The notes under the pieces: generated by a model
Database searches by the model: none
Seen by the model: only the letters and a program-made list of their open reading frames with translations
Told to the model about the DNA's origin: nothing
Position numbers and translations under genes: made by a program
Shown here: positions 19,294-32,091 of the stretch, one piece after another
Position numbering within the stretch: the stretch's first letter is position 1
Layout of the letters: each line of letters begins with the position of its first letter
Assembly: GCA_052390235.1 (NCBI GenBank)
Contig: JBQTHB010000002.1
Location: forward strand, 480,001-544,000
Source: Deltaproteobacteria bacterium
GTDB taxonomy: Bacteria > Desulfobacterota_D > UBA1144 > Nemesobacterales > CSP1-2
Reading direction: 5' to 3'
Length of the DNA stretch: 64,000 nt

Positions 19294-20051
19294 TTCTCGC
19301 TCCTCCCCAAATAGATGAGTTCTATTGGCAGGTACGCCCCTTTTTGCGATATTCCAACGATTCCGGCTCGAACCAACTCAAGAACCGCTAGGAACGTAAT
19401 TACGGTCTCGTATCTCGACGCCGCCCCTTCGGCGAGACTCTCAAACCGGAAGACCGCCTCCGCCCGCAGGACAGCGTCAGCCCTGAGCCTTGAGAGAATA
19501 TCGGCAATTTTCTCGTCAACCGTCATCGCCTCGCCGGTGAATTCAATAAAATCCGTCTCCGCCTCGGCGCGCCCCCGACGTAGTATCTCGTAAAACGCGT
19601 CCACGAGCGACATCAAATCCGCGGTTTGAAGGGATTGCTCCTTTTTGGCTGACGGCTCCCCTGCGGCTGCGGGATTTGCAAAAACATCCCTGCCCAATAT
19701 ATCTAATCCGAGCAATTTCAGCCCCGCGTCTCTATATCGCTTATATTCAATGAGCCGGCGCACAAGCTCAGCCCGCGGGTCTTGCTCCTCGTCCTCGGCA
19801 TCAACCCTCGGCTTCGGGAGCATCATCTTCGATTTTATCGCCCCAAGCTCCGCCGCCATGAGCATATAGTCTCCGGCGGTCTCAAGGTCAATTTCCTCGC
19901 TTAGCTCCAGGTACTCGACGTACTGCTCGGTTATCTCGGCGATGGGGATGTCATAGATATTGACCTCGCTCTTTTTGATGAGCATCAGCAGCAGGTCCAG
20001 AGGTCCCTGGAATGCGTCTAGTTTTATCCGATACGGCGCATTTGGAATCAT
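19257..20051 (-). CDS. scpA: Segregation and condensation protein ScpA
   Basis: FQGPLDLLLMLI, DPRAELVRRLIEY, TFLAVLEL. Confidence 0.95.
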   Translation of the reverse strand: MIPNAPYRIKLDAFQGPLDLLLMLIKKSEVNIYDIPIAEITEQYVEYLELSEEIDLETAGDYMLMAAELGAIKSKMMLPKPRVDAEDEEQDPRAELVRRLIEYKRYRDAGLKLLGLDILGRDVFANPAAAGEPSAKKEQSLQTADLMSLVDAFYEILRRGRAEAETDFIEFTGEAMTVDEKIADILSRLRADAVLRAEAVFRFESLAEGAASRYETVITFLAVLELVRAGIVGISQKGAYLPIELIYLGRSENWTTMEKSSNAQ

Positions 20052-20053
20052 GG

Positions 20054-20737
20054 CTAAAGCGCTATGAGTTCAACCGCGCGCCATAGCTGAAAATAGCTAT
20101 AGCCGGATAGCGCCTCGGTCAGAACTGAAATTGGCCCCCAGAGAATGTACGAGAAAATCCGCCCGCCGAAGATGAATAGGGCAAACAGCAGTATCATCCC
20201 GTAAGGCTCAAAGCGGCTATAGGCATAAGCCTGCTTCTCTGGGAGAAGCCCGTACAGCACGCGCGAGCCGTCTAGGGGCGGGATTGGAATCATATTGAAC
20301 ACGGCAAGGGCGATGCCGAACTGAAGGGTCAAAATTATGACAATGGTCGTTACGGACAGAAACCCTGAAACCGCCGAGCCTAACTCCACTCCGGTAAGCG
20401 ATGGGATGAGAAATCTGAGGGCAAGCCCCGCGATAATCGCCATTACGAGGTTTGAAGCGGGCCCAGCGAGAGCCACGAGGAGCATCCCTCTTCGAGGGTC
20501 TTTGAAATTTGCAGTGTTCACCGGCACGGGGCGCGCCCAGCCGAATCCCGCGATGAACATGAGCAGGGTACCCAGCGGGTCTAGGTGCGCTATTGGGTTT
20601 AGGGTCAGCCTCCCTTGGGCTTTTGCCGTGTCGTCGCCGAGGACGTCCGCCGCCCATGCGTGGCAGAATTCATGCACGGTTAGGGCAAATAAAATCACTG
20701 GGGCTTGAATGAGCAAGAGTTGAAAATTGAATTCCAT
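20054..20737 (-). CDS. Site-2 protease family (M50) membrane metalloprotease
   Basis: HEFCH, GRLTLNP, AGPASN, FNMIPIPPLDG; start MEFNFQ. Confidence 0.92.
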   Translation of the reverse strand: MEFNFQLLLIQAPVILFALTVHEFCHAWAADVLGDDTAKAQGRLTLNPIAHLDPLGTLLMFIAGFGWARPVPVNTANFKDPRRGMLLVALAGPASNLVMAIIAGLALRFLIPSLTGVELGSAVSGFLSVTTIVIILTLQFGIALAVFNMIPIPPLDGSRVLYGLLPEKQAYAYSRFEPYGMILLFALFIFGGRIFSYILWGPISVLTEALSGYSYFQLWRAVELIAL

Positions 20738-20851
20738 GCCGTAATTATTCCTGTTCTGCCTGAGATTTCCAGAATTAAACCGTATTTCCACTCAAGCCGA
20801 GCCAAGAGCGCGCTCGCAGAGCTAGTGAAAATCACTCCCGATGGGTGTGTG

Positions 20852-21739
20852 TTATGACCGCGGGTGGTGCTTTTTATGGATTTCCTTAAGACGCTCCCGC
20901 TCGACGTGCGTGTAAATCTGAGTGGTGGAAATGTCCGAATGCCCGAGCATAAGCTGAATGGCCCTCAGGTCTGCCCCGCGCTCCAGAAGGTGGGTGGCGA
21001 AGGAGTGCCGGAGTTTATGGGGACTGATATTTTTCATGATTCCGGCCTTGAGGGCGCACTGTTTTATCTTCTGCCAGAACCGCTGGCGCGTCATCCCACT
21101 GCCTCGGCGCGTTACGAATAGGTCTGCCGAAGAGCCGGATTTGAGCAAATTAAGCCTCGCTACGTCCAAATATTGCTGTAATTTAAAGCGCGCCCTCTCC
21201 CCTACGGGAACGAGCCTCTCCTTAGCCCCTTTCCCGTGGACGATAATAAATCCAAGCTCAAAGTTTACGCTGTTGAGGTAAAGGCTCACGAGTTCGGACA
21301 CCCGAATCCCAGTGGCGTACAGAAGCTCTAGCATCGCCCCGTCCCTTATGCCCTCTGGAGTGGTCTCGTCGGGGGCGGCGAGGAGTTTCTCTACATCATC
21401 CAGAGAAATCACATCGGGCAGAGACCTCTTAGTTTTCGGCGTGCGGATGAGATGCGTCGCGTCCTTGTGGATGATTTTGTCCATGAGGAGAAATTTGAAA
21501 AACTGCTTTACCGAAACCAGCGTCCTAGCTACAGATTTTCCATCGAGCCCGCCCTCTCTAATCTCGGACAGAAAGCCGATAATGTGCGTGTATTCAACCT
21601 CCGAGGGGTGGCATAGGCCCTGCCTCTGGGCGTAGGCGATGAATTTGGCAATATCCCGCCCGTAAGCCTCTATCGTGTTCTTGGATAGCCCTTTTACTGC
21701 AACAGTATAGGATAGAAAAGCGTCGAGCATCTCGTTCAT
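20852..21739 (-). CDS. xerD: Site-specific tyrosine recombinase XerD
   Basis: LYATGIRVSEL, GKGAKER, SPHKLRHSFATHLL, LGHSDISTTQIY; alternative start at 21760. Confidence 0.93.
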   Translation of the reverse strand: MNEMLDAFLSYTVAVKGLSKNTIEAYGRDIAKFIAYAQRQGLCHPSEVEYTHIIGFLSEIREGGLDGKSVARTLVSVKQFFKFLLMDKIIHKDATHLIRTPKTKRSLPDVISLDDVEKLLAAPDETTPEGIRDGAMLELLYATGIRVSELVSLYLNSVNFELGFIIVHGKGAKERLVPVGERARFKLQQYLDVARLNLLKSGSSADLFVTRRGSGMTRQRFWQKIKQCALKAGIMKNISPHKLRHSFATHLLERGADLRAIQLMLGHSDISTTQIYTHVERERLKEIHKKHHPRS

Positions 21740-21926
21740 GGCTAAGGGAAATTCTACCATAGTTCGGACGGCTACCCGCGCGGGATAGGCTCAGAAATCA
21801 GTTCAAATTTCAGGTTGAAGCGGGCTGGCGGAAAGAGCGCTCTAGGAGGGAAGAGTAGAGCCGCGAAACCAGAGCAATTTCGCCAAAGTCCACGGCTCGG
21901 AGTTATCTTCTCATCCTAATTTTGGG

Positions 21927-24468
<2,542 letters not shown>

Positions 24469-24538
24469 ATTTGGCTTCCTCTTGGGTTAAATTGAATTAA
24501 CTTGTAGAAATTTACAAACTATATACTCTTAGCCTTGT

Positions 24539-25903
24539 ATGTCAAGAACACTGAAACCTCCGGCTAGAGAGCGAGAATTTAGAAAATCTTCCGCCAGATA
24601 CGTCGCTTTTAAGACCCTTAACAGGGTGTTGATTGACGGAGCATATCCCGATTTGGCTCTCGATGCCGCGTTTCGCTCCTGCCCCGCGCTCTCGCCGGAG
24701 GATAAGGCTCTGGCGACGGAGCTAATTATGGGCGCGCTGAGGTGGCTTCGCAGGATTGACTTTGCGATAGTACAATTCACGGCGTCAGTCAATAAAAAAG
24801 AGGTCATGAATATACTTCGCATCGGGGCTTATCAGCTCCTATTTCTCGATAAAATCCCCGATTACGCCGCCGTGAGCGAGGCCGTGAATATCGCCAAGGG
24901 GATGTACGGCGAGCAGGTCGGGAAATTCGTAAACGCCGTGCTTCGACAGATTTCAAGGGGCAACATCCAATATCCAACTAGAGGCGGCGACCCACTCGAA
25001 TACCTGTCCATCTGCCACTCCATCCCGCGGTGGCTTGCGCAAAGGTGGGTTGATTGGCTCGGATTTGACCGCGCCGAGGCTCTAGTTGCCGCGCTGAACA
25101 ACCCCCCGCGCCTGACGCTTCGGGCAAACCGCCTTAAAATTGGAAGAGAGGAGCTCATTGAGAGGCTTGGCGCATCGGGCATAGCCTCGCTGCCGACTCA
25201 ATACTCCCCGGACGGCGTCGTGGCGCTGACGAGGCTCCATCCCGCCGCGTTAAAGGAGTTTGAAGACGGCTTATTCACGGTGCAGGACGAAGCGGCGCAG
25301 CTCCTGTCCTATTTCCTAGACCCCTCCCCCGGCCAGAGCGTGCTTGACGCCTGCTCCGCTCCCGGAGGGAAGGCGACTCACATCGCCGAGCTTATGCAGG
25401 GCAGGGGGGAGATTGTCGCCGAGGACATACACGCTCCCAGGCTCAGGCTCGTTGACGAGCTGTCCCGAAGACTCGGCATAGGCATAATAAAAACCCGGAT
25501 TGCCGGAGATGACCCTGCGGCTTGCGGGCGGCTTTTCGATAGAGTCCTGGTTGACGCCCCATGTTCGGGGTTCGGGACTCTGCGCCGAAACCCCGACGGC
25601 AAGTGGACAAAGACCGAGGCTGATGTACTTGAACTCTCCGGGCTACAGTTTAGAATCTTGTCGAGAGCCGCGCGCTCGGTTAAGATGGGCGGAGTGTTGC
25701 TGTTTGCCGTCTGCACACTTATTCCTGAGGAAAATGAGCAGGTCTGCCGGCAGTTCCTAGGGGCTTATCCCGAATTTGCGCTGGACACGGGGTGCGCCGC
25801 GCCGCTTCGCAAGTTCATCGGCGAGAGCGGCTTTTTTAGCTCAGACCCCGCCGCTCAAAACATGGACGGCTTTTTCGCCGCTAAATTCAGGAGAGTTGCT
25901 TGA
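24539..25903 (+). CDS. rsmB: 16S rRNA m5C967 methyltransferase RsmB/Sun
   Basis: NusB-like N-terminus; VQDEAAQ, DACSAPGGK, DAPCSG, CT..PEEN. Confidence 0.93.
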   Translation: MSRTLKPPAREREFRKSSARYVAFKTLNRVLIDGAYPDLALDAAFRSCPALSPEDKALATELIMGALRWLRRIDFAIVQFTASVNKKEVMNILRIGAYQLLFLDKIPDYAAVSEAVNIAKGMYGEQVGKFVNAVLRQISRGNIQYPTRGGDPLEYLSICHSIPRWLAQRWVDWLGFDRAEALVAALNNPPRLTLRANRLKIGREELIERLGASGIASLPTQYSPDGVVALTRLHPAALKEFEDGLFTVQDEAAQLLSYFLDPSPGQSVLDACSAPGGKATHIAELMQGRGEIVAEDIHAPRLRLVDELSRRLGIGIIKTRIAGDDPAACGRLFDRVLVDAPCSGFGTLRRNPDGKWTKTEADVLELSGLQFRILSRAARSVKMGGVLLFAVCTLIPEENEQVCRQFLGAYPEFALDTGCAAPLRKFIGESGFFSSDPAAQNMDGFFAAKFRRVA

Positions 25904-26565
25904 AGAAATTAATTGTTCCATCAATACTTTCGGCGGATTTTGCGAGGCTCGGAGATGAAATACGCGCCGTTAAGGACGCCGGAGCCGATTGGATTCACGT
26001 TGACGTAATGGACGGGCATTTCGTCCCCAATATCAGCATCGGGATTCCCGTCGTCGAATCCATAGCGAAAATCAACCCTCCGCCGATGGATATTCACCTC
26101 CAGATTGAAAACGCCGACAGATTCGTTGACGCGTTCATAACGGCGGGCGCTCCTTGCGTAAAACTCATCACTGTTCAGGCTGAGGCGTGCAGACTGCTCC
26201 ACTCGACCGTCTCGCGTATTAAATCCCGCGGCGCAATGGCTGGGGTAGCCCTAAGCCCATCCGTGCCAATTTCGGCTATTGAAGAGATTCTCCCGTATAT
26301 TGACCTCGTTCTGGTTATGACCGTAGAGCCGGGGTTTCCGGGACAGAGGTTTATTAAATCCATGATACCGAAAATTAGCCGCCTGAGAGAGTGGATTGAT
26401 AAATCCGCTCATAAGCCGCTGATTGAGGTTGACGGGGGGATAAAGCTCGACAATATCCGCGCTGTGGCGGACGCCGGAGCGGATGTGATAGTCTCCGGCT
26501 CAGGTATATTTGGCGCAGACGACTATAAAAATATAATAGCCCTCATGCGGGCGGAAGCGCAATGA
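25900..26565 (+). CDS. rpe: Ribulose-phosphate 3-epimerase
   Basis: PSILSADF, HVDVMDGHFVPN, EVDGGI. Confidence 0.96.
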   Translation: MKKLIVPSILSADFARLGDEIRAVKDAGADWIHVDVMDGHFVPNISIGIPVVESIAKINPPPMDIHLQIENADRFVDAFITAGAPCVKLITVQAEACRLLHSTVSRIKSRGAMAGVALSPSVPISAIEEILPYIDLVLVMTVEPGFPGQRFIKSMIPKISRLREWIDKSAHKPLIEVDGGIKLDNIRAVADAGADVIVSGSGIFGADDYKNIIALMRAEAQ

Positions 26566-26616
26566 GCCGAAGCCGCCGCTGCGCCTCCTCTCCTGCCGCG
26601 CGCGTTATGGTGTTTC

Positions 26617-27270
26617 ATGGCGATGAATTCATACGTTAAAGATCTGGAGGAGTATTTCCTCGCGCTCAGCGGGGCGGGGCTGATGCTCTCGCCTGAGGAC
26701 TACGACCTAATTCGGCGGTGGAAGAAGAGGGGAATCCCCAAAGAGGCGGCGCTAAAAGCCATTGACAGCGCCTTTCGCGCCTCAGAGGGTAGCTCAAAAC
26801 CGCGAAAATTGAAACACATCGCCCCGTTTATCGAAGAGCAGGCGGAAATATCAGAGATTCTCAATCGGGAGGACTTGGATAGTGATTTTTCCACCGAGCG
26901 CTACATTAATAAAATCCTCTTTGCGCTGGATAGAGTGATTCGAGAGGAAACACGCGAGGCTCTCGTCTCTCACTACGCCAAAGCGCGGGACAGGGTTTCA
27001 TCCCTTCTCGCGTCTGCCACTTCGGACGATGGCGTTTTTGATTGTCTGAGGGAGATTCAGGGGGATTTTTTCGAGGATTTTTTCAGGCTTCTGCCTCCCT
27101 CCGAGGCTGAACTAGTGGCACAGATCGCGGAGGCGCAAATATCCCGCAGAGCGAGATTCATGACCGAGAGGGCACTCGCCGAGAGTCTCATATACTTCCG
27201 AAACGAGGCGCTAAGCGAGAGATACGGGCTAAAGCCCATAGCGGCGCGAGATGACGCAGATGATGGCTAA
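26617..27270 (+). CDS. Hypothetical protein, N-terminus resembling DnaD/DnaB_2-type helical domain
   Basis: LSPEDYDLIRRW..RGIP.EAAL.AID pattern; overlaps the downstream DnaC-like gene. Confidence 0.55.
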   Translation: MAMNSYVKDLEEYFLALSGAGLMLSPEDYDLIRRWKKRGIPKEAALKAIDSAFRASEGSSKPRKLKHIAPFIEEQAEISEILNREDLDSDFSTERYINKILFALDRVIREETREALVSHYAKARDRVSSLLASATSDDGVFDCLREIQGDFFEDFFRLLPPSEAELVAQIAEAQISRRARFMTERALAESLIYFRNEALSERYGLKPIAARDDADDG

Positions 27271-28084
27271 AAAACAGTTTCAAATTGGATGCGATAAGTG
27301 CCACGGAGACGGTTTCGCTATTGATGGAGCCGGCAGTCTGTCCATAGCCAAACTCTGCTCCTGCGCCGAGAAATGCGCCGTTTGCGGAGGGGTCGGCTCG
27401 GTATTCGCCGTGAATGAAAAGGGATATAATTACCTAAAACCCTGCCCGGTCTGCGGCGTTGTGAGGAGGAATTTAAAGCTCTATAACCTCGCGGCAATCC
27501 CATCGAGGTACTCCGATGTGCTTCAGCCCGATGCGAGATTCAAGCCCAAGAACCAGCGCCAGGAACACGCCCTCGTTTACGCCAAGGATTTCGTAAAAAA
27601 ATACCCCGCCCACCGTGGATTTCTCCTCATGGGCAGAGCGGGGCTAGGCAAAACTCATCTCGCCATAGGGGCAATATCAGAGCTAATGCTCAAGTACGGC
27701 GTGAGGTGTAGTTTTAAGGATTTTTTCTATCTACTGACCGAGCTAAAAGAGGCATATACCCAGAGTAGCTCCGAAAACGACGTGCTTCAGCCCCTGATAG
27801 ACGCCGAGGTCTTGGTGATTGATGAGCTTGGGAAGGGGAAAAACAGCGAGTGGGAACTCAATATTTTAGACCAGCTCATCTCCAAGCGCTACAACGCCTC
27901 CAAGACCACTCTCATAACCACCAATTTCGTCTCGCGGGAGGCTTCGGCAAAGCAGGGGGTTGAAGATAGAGACATTCTCGAGGTCCGGGTTGGGGAGAGA
28001 ATCTCATCGAGGCTCTGGGAGATGTGCGAATTTCTCCCGATGGAGGGCAAAGACCACAGGAGGCTATCGAAAAAAAATCTATAG
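27251..28084 (+). CDS. DnaC/IstB-family AAA+ ATPase with N-terminal Zn fingers
   Basis: GRAGLGKT, VLVIDELG, RYN..TLITTNF, GERISSRL, GKDHR; CDKCHGDG, CAVCGGVG, CPVC. Confidence 0.85.
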   Translation: MTQMMAKKQFQIGCDKCHGDGFAIDGAGSLSIAKLCSCAEKCAVCGGVGSVFAVNEKGYNYLKPCPVCGVVRRNLKLYNLAAIPSRYSDVLQPDARFKPKNQRQEHALVYAKDFVKKYPAHRGFLLMGRAGLGKTHLAIGAISELMLKYGVRCSFKDFFYLLTELKEAYTQSSSENDVLQPLIDAEVLVIDELGKGKNSEWELNILDQLISKRYNASKTTLITTNFVSREASAKQGVEDRDILEVRVGERISSRLWEMCEFLPMEGKDHRRLSKKNL

Positions 28085-28167
28085 CCTCGGGGGAATACTG
28101 ATGCGAGAGATTCTCGATGCGGGACGCAGGCGATTTTAGCCCTGAGGCCTCTTGGCGCGGATAATTC

Positions 28168-29199
28168 TCAGAATTTCCAGAACCCCGAATGCGTTTTTTT
28201 GACCTTCTCGATGATTTCGTCAGCCTCAGTTCTCGCCGATAAATCCCCGTAATCGGTTTTAATTTTCTCCATCATCTCGGCAAGCGTCCACTGAACGCAC
28301 CACCAAAGCCCCTCAAGGTTATATCCGCCCTCAAGCACATAGACGATTTTCCCTCCGCAGTGCCTCTGTGCCGCCTCTTTTAAGAATCGGGTCATCTGGG
28401 CGAATCCGTCCGGTTTTACTGCCATCCCCCCGAGCGGGTCCTCAAAATATGAATCGTATCCCGCCGAGACCAATATGAATTCGGGCTTGAACTGCTCGAT
28501 GACTGGGGTGAGGATTTCCGAGAAAATTTTGATGTACTCTCTATTGCCCATACCGGCTGGCAGCGGCACGTTGATTGTAAAGCCCTTGCCATCTCCCGCG
28601 CCTATCTCGCCGTGTGCGCCAGTGCCGGGGTAGAACGGAAACTGATGCGCTGAGAAAAAAAGCACCTCCGGCGACTGCTCAAAGATGTGCTGCGTCCCGT
28701 TTCCGTGGTGCACGTCCCAATCAACGACGAGGATACGCGAAAATCCCTTAGAGCGCAGATACGCCGCCCCAACGGCGATGTTGTTGATGAGGCAGAATCC
28801 CATGGCGCGGCTCCGTTCTGCGTGGTGTCCGGGGGGGCGAACTATCGGGAAAGCCATGTCAACCTCCCCGCTAAGCACCGCCTCGATAGCGGCAAGCACC
28901 CCGCCGGCGGCGCGCACGGCGGCATCAAACGACACCGGACAGGTCGAGGTATCGGCATCTAGGAACACTCTGGGTCTGCCCCTAGTTGCCCTGAGCGATT
29001 CGTAGTAATCGGCGTCGTGAACCAGCGTAATTTCTTCTTTTGTAGCGTCGCGGGGCTGAATTCTCACAAGCTCATCAATTAATTTCGTCTCCTGTAGCAT
29101 TTCCACAATTGCCAGCGCCCTATCTGCGCATTCTGGGTGTCCTTGTCCGTTGTCGTGGTCAACGTAGAGCTTGTCTAGTACGATGCCTACTTTTTTCAT
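28168..29199 (-). CDS. Histone deacetylase-family (Zn-dependent) deacetylase
   Basis: HPEC..R, RPPGHHA, GFC..NN, DWDVHHGNGTQ, SAGYD, LEGGY. Confidence 0.95.
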   Translation of the reverse strand: MKKVGIVLDKLYVDHDNGQGHPECADRALAIVEMLQETKLIDELVRIQPRDATKEEITLVHDADYYESLRATRGRPRVFLDADTSTCPVSFDAAVRAAGGVLAAIEAVLSGEVDMAFPIVRPPGHHAERSRAMGFCLINNIAVGAAYLRSKGFSRILVVDWDVHHGNGTQHIFEQSPEVLFFSAHQFPFYPGTGAHGEIGAGDGKGFTINVPLPAGMGNREYIKIFSEILTPVIEQFKPEFILVSAGYDSYFEDPLGGMAVKPDGFAQMTRFLKEAAQRHCGGKIVYVLEGGYNLEGLWWCVQWTLAEMMEKIKTDYGDLSARTEADEIIEKVKKTHSGFWKF

Positions 29200-29273
29200 G
29201 CTATCTCCTCGCTTAAATGGGTGGTGGGGAAATGGTGAGATTTTAGCACGGTTTCCTCCGGCGTAAAAGCGCC

Positions 29274-30527
29274 TTATCGCTCCTGAATGAACCCCTTAAC
29301 CGCGCCTATCAGATAGAGCGAGCCGCTAACGCAAACGGGCGACTTGCCCCCGATGACGTATTTTACTGCCTCCCGCCAATTTTTTATAACCCTCGTATTG
29401 CGGCAGATTCTCCGCGCTACGGCGGCGAGCCACTCGCCATCTGCCGACCTCTCGGACGGGGCTTCGGTGATGATGATCTCTTCGGCTATTGGGCTAATTT
29501 CCATTAGATATTCCTCGTGGCGTTTATCCGAGAGCATGGCGATGAGAAAGGTAAATCGCGCATTCGGATACATCAGCTCAAGGGATTTCCTGAGCGCGGC
29601 GGCGCCGGCTTCGTTGTGCGCGCCGTCGAGAACCAGGGGCGGCTCGGAGCGCAGGATTTCCATTCTACCGGCCCATCTGGTGCGCGAAAGCCCTGCCCTT
29701 AAATCCCTTTCTGAGACTGCGATTCCGTAGCGCGATTTGAGGGTTTCGAGAGCCGCTATTGCTAAAGATGCGTTTTCAATCTGGTGCGCCCCTGCAAGGC
29801 TGAATGAAGCGTTCTCTAAATTCCAAATCTCCCCTCGGTATCTGAAATTATCCGCGCCCATGCCCTCGGCTCTGAAATCAGCGCCCATCACTCTAAGCGG
29901 GGATTGGACATCCCTGGCCTTAGCTCGAATCACGCCTAGGGCATCGCCGGTTGCGGCCGTTACGGCGGGTGTGCCGGGCTTTATAATGCCGGCTTTTTCG
30001 GCGGCAATTTCCACTGCGCTCTCGCCGAGAAACTCCGTATGATCCCTCGATACGTTTGTAATCACAGACACGAGGGGAGAGGCTACATTTGTCGCGTCCC
30101 AAAGACCGCCCATGCCCACCTCAAGCACCGAAAAATCCACCCCACGCTCGGCAAAGTATAGAAACGCCGCCGCCGTTAAAACCTCGAAATAACTAGGCGC
30201 GACGCCCGCTGCCTCCGCCGCGTCCCTTATGCGCAGCACGAGGGCTGATAACTCAGCCGGAGCAATTTGGGCGGAGTTTACTTTGACTCTCTCCGTGATT
30301 TGCACTAGATGAGGGGAGGTGTAAAGCCCGACCGCAAATCCCGCCGCTTCTAGACCCGAAGCTATAGCCGCCGCCGTCGAGCCTTTGCCGTTTGTGCCGC
30401 CAATTATTAGGCAGGGGATTTGGTTATGCGGATTTCCTAGGGATTTGAGAACTGCGGATACGCGCTCAAGCCCTGGCTTCACTTTGAACCGCCCTAGGGA
30501 GTTGAGATAGCAAATAGCATCGTTCAT
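29274..30527 (-). CDS. folC: Bifunctional folylpolyglutamate/dihydrofolate synthase
   Basis: GTNGKGS, YTSPHL, EVGMGG..DATN, LDGAHN, GSLYL. Confidence 0.95.
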   Translation of the reverse strand: MNDAICYLNSLGRFKVKPGLERVSAVLKSLGNPHNQIPCLIIGGTNGKGSTAAAIASGLEAAGFAVGLYTSPHLVQITERVKVNSAQIAPAELSALVLRIRDAAEAAGVAPSYFEVLTAAAFLYFAERGVDFSVLEVGMGGLWDATNVASPLVSVITNVSRDHTEFLGESAVEIAAEKAGIIKPGTPAVTAATGDALGVIRAKARDVQSPLRVMGADFRAEGMGADNFRYRGEIWNLENASFSLAGAHQIENASLAIAALETLKSRYGIAVSERDLRAGLSRTRWAGRMEILRSEPPLVLDGAHNEAGAAALRKSLELMYPNARFTFLIAMLSDKRHEEYLMEISPIAEEIIITEAPSERSADGEWLAAVARRICRNTRVIKNWREAVKYVIGGKSPVCVSGSLYLIGAVKGFIQER

Positions 30528-30612
30528 GGAATTATATAAAAAGAGAAATCAAGCCCCGGCTCACTCACGCCTCAATTGCCAGTTTTAAGAGCGAATAATT
30601 CAAACACCGCCC

Positions 30613-30957
30613 CTAGCCCGGGGGCCATGCCATCTTCCGTCCGCCCATAACGTGGAGGTGAATATGCCAGACTGACTGTCCGCTCTCAATACCGCAATTG
30701 ATGACGAGCCTGAACCCTTTTTCGGCGATATTTTGGGATTTGGCTATTTGATTGGCTACATAAACCAGGTGTCCCAGAAGGGTCTTGTCGGATTCCTCAG
30801 CTTCTACGACAGTGCGGATGTGTTTTTTGGGGATGACTAAGATATGCACCGGGGCTTTGGGGCTAATGTCGCTAAAAGCAATAGAAAAGTCGTCTTCGTG
30901 GACTATATTTGCCGGAATTTTTTTATCAGCTATGGCGCAAAATATGCAATTGCTCAT
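30613..30957 (-). CDS. hinT: Histidine triad nucleotide-binding protein
   Basis: CIFC, GQSVWHIHLHVMGGR, WPPG. Confidence 0.93.
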   Translation of the reverse strand: MSNCIFCAIADKKIPANIVHEDDFSIAFSDISPKAPVHILVIPKKHIRTVVEAEESDKTLLGHLVYVANQIAKSQNIAEKGFRLVINCGIESGQSVWHIHLHVMGGRKMAWPPG

Positions 30958-31113
30958 CTTCCTCTCTCAAACTTACTATTGACGAGTGTTGATTATATCA
31001 TAATTTATCAAATTCACTTGACTGATTTAATCTCTAAGCTAAAGTTTATCTAGTGGTAATATTTACCGTTTACTTAATTATATGATTTAGAATTCAAAGC
31101 GAGGTTATTAAAA

Positions 31114-31605
31114 GTGATTCATAAATTAAAGCCCAAGGCTGAAACAAAGAAAACCCTAGATATATACCTCAAGCAGAAGCGCCTGAAATCCACCACGCAG
31201 AGAGACATTATTTTCGATGAGTTTTTTAACTATTCCGGACAGCATATTACAGTTGAGGAGCTTTACGATAAGCTCAAAAAAGATCACCCAGGCATAGGCT
31301 ACGCCACAGTGTATAGAACTTTGAAACTATTCACCGAGTGTGGACTTGCCTTTGAGAGGAATTTTATAAAAGATGGCAGAACACGCTACGAGCCGGTGAA
31401 ATTCGAGGGCGAGCGCCACGACCACCTCATCTGCATAGGTTGCGGCAAGATAGTCGAGTTCGAGAATTCTAGAATCGAGCATTACACCAGCGAAGTAGCT
31501 CGCCAGAACGGGTTTGGAGTCGAGCATCACAAGCTCGAGGTCTATGGCTACTGCCACTCCTGCTCAGGGGAGAAAAAAGAATACGGCAACGGCTATAAGG
31601 GTTAG
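31114..31605 (+). CDS. fur: Fur-family transcriptional regulator
   Basis: GYATVYRTLKL, HDHLICIGCG, LEVYGYCHSC. Confidence 0.9.
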   Translation: MIHKLKPKAETKKTLDIYLKQKRLKSTTQRDIIFDEFFNYSGQHITVEELYDKLKKDHPGIGYATVYRTLKLFTECGLAFERNFIKDGRTRYEPVKFEGERHDHLICIGCGKIVEFENSRIEHYTSEVARQNGFGVEHHKLEVYGYCHSCSGEKKEYGNGYKG

Positions 31606-31620
31606 CGGCGGCAGGAGCGC

Positions 31621-32004
31621 CTAGGGGGATTTCTCCAGTACCACGAAGGCGGCGGCGTAATCCCCATCGTGTGATATAGAAACGTGAATCGAGGTTATGC
31701 CCAAATCCCGAATCATCTCCTTGCCCGCTCCCCTGACGATAACGCTGGGCCTGCCGCTCCCGTCTCTTGCGGTTTCAATATCCCGAAGGCGCACCCCCCG
31801 TCCCATCCCAATTCCCAGAGCCTTGAGTAGGGCCTCTTTTACCGCGAAGCTAGAGGCGTATCGCTGATGATTCATCTTATGGCGCTCGCAGTAGGAGATT
31901 TCCGCCTCAGTGAATATTCTACGTTTGAAATTATCCCCCCAACCCTCTAGGAGCTTTTTAATTCTCGGCGTGTGTACGATGTCAATTCCTATTCCGTAGG
32001 TCAT
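31621..32004 (-). CDS. acpS: Holo-ACP synthase
   Basis: GIGIDIV, FAVKEA..KALG, VSISHD. Confidence 0.93.
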   Translation of the reverse strand: MTYGIGIDIVHTPRIKKLLEGWGDNFKRRIFTEAEISYCERHKMNHQRYASSFAVKEALLKALGIGMGRGVRLRDIETARDGSGRPSVIVRGAGKEMIRDLGITSIHVSISHDGDYAAAFVVLEKSP

Positions 32005-32091
32005 CTGCGCGGTGTATAAGCGGATTTATTTTGAATCATCGCAGGAGGGTAGGGGGCATAGCAGAGTAGTTTATGGGATGATGAAGTTGCC

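Noticed and set aside
20852..21739. Tyrosine recombinase as a mobile-element integrase for the AT-rich helicase gene
   Set aside because: Sequence and context (next to scpAB) are those of chromosomal XerD
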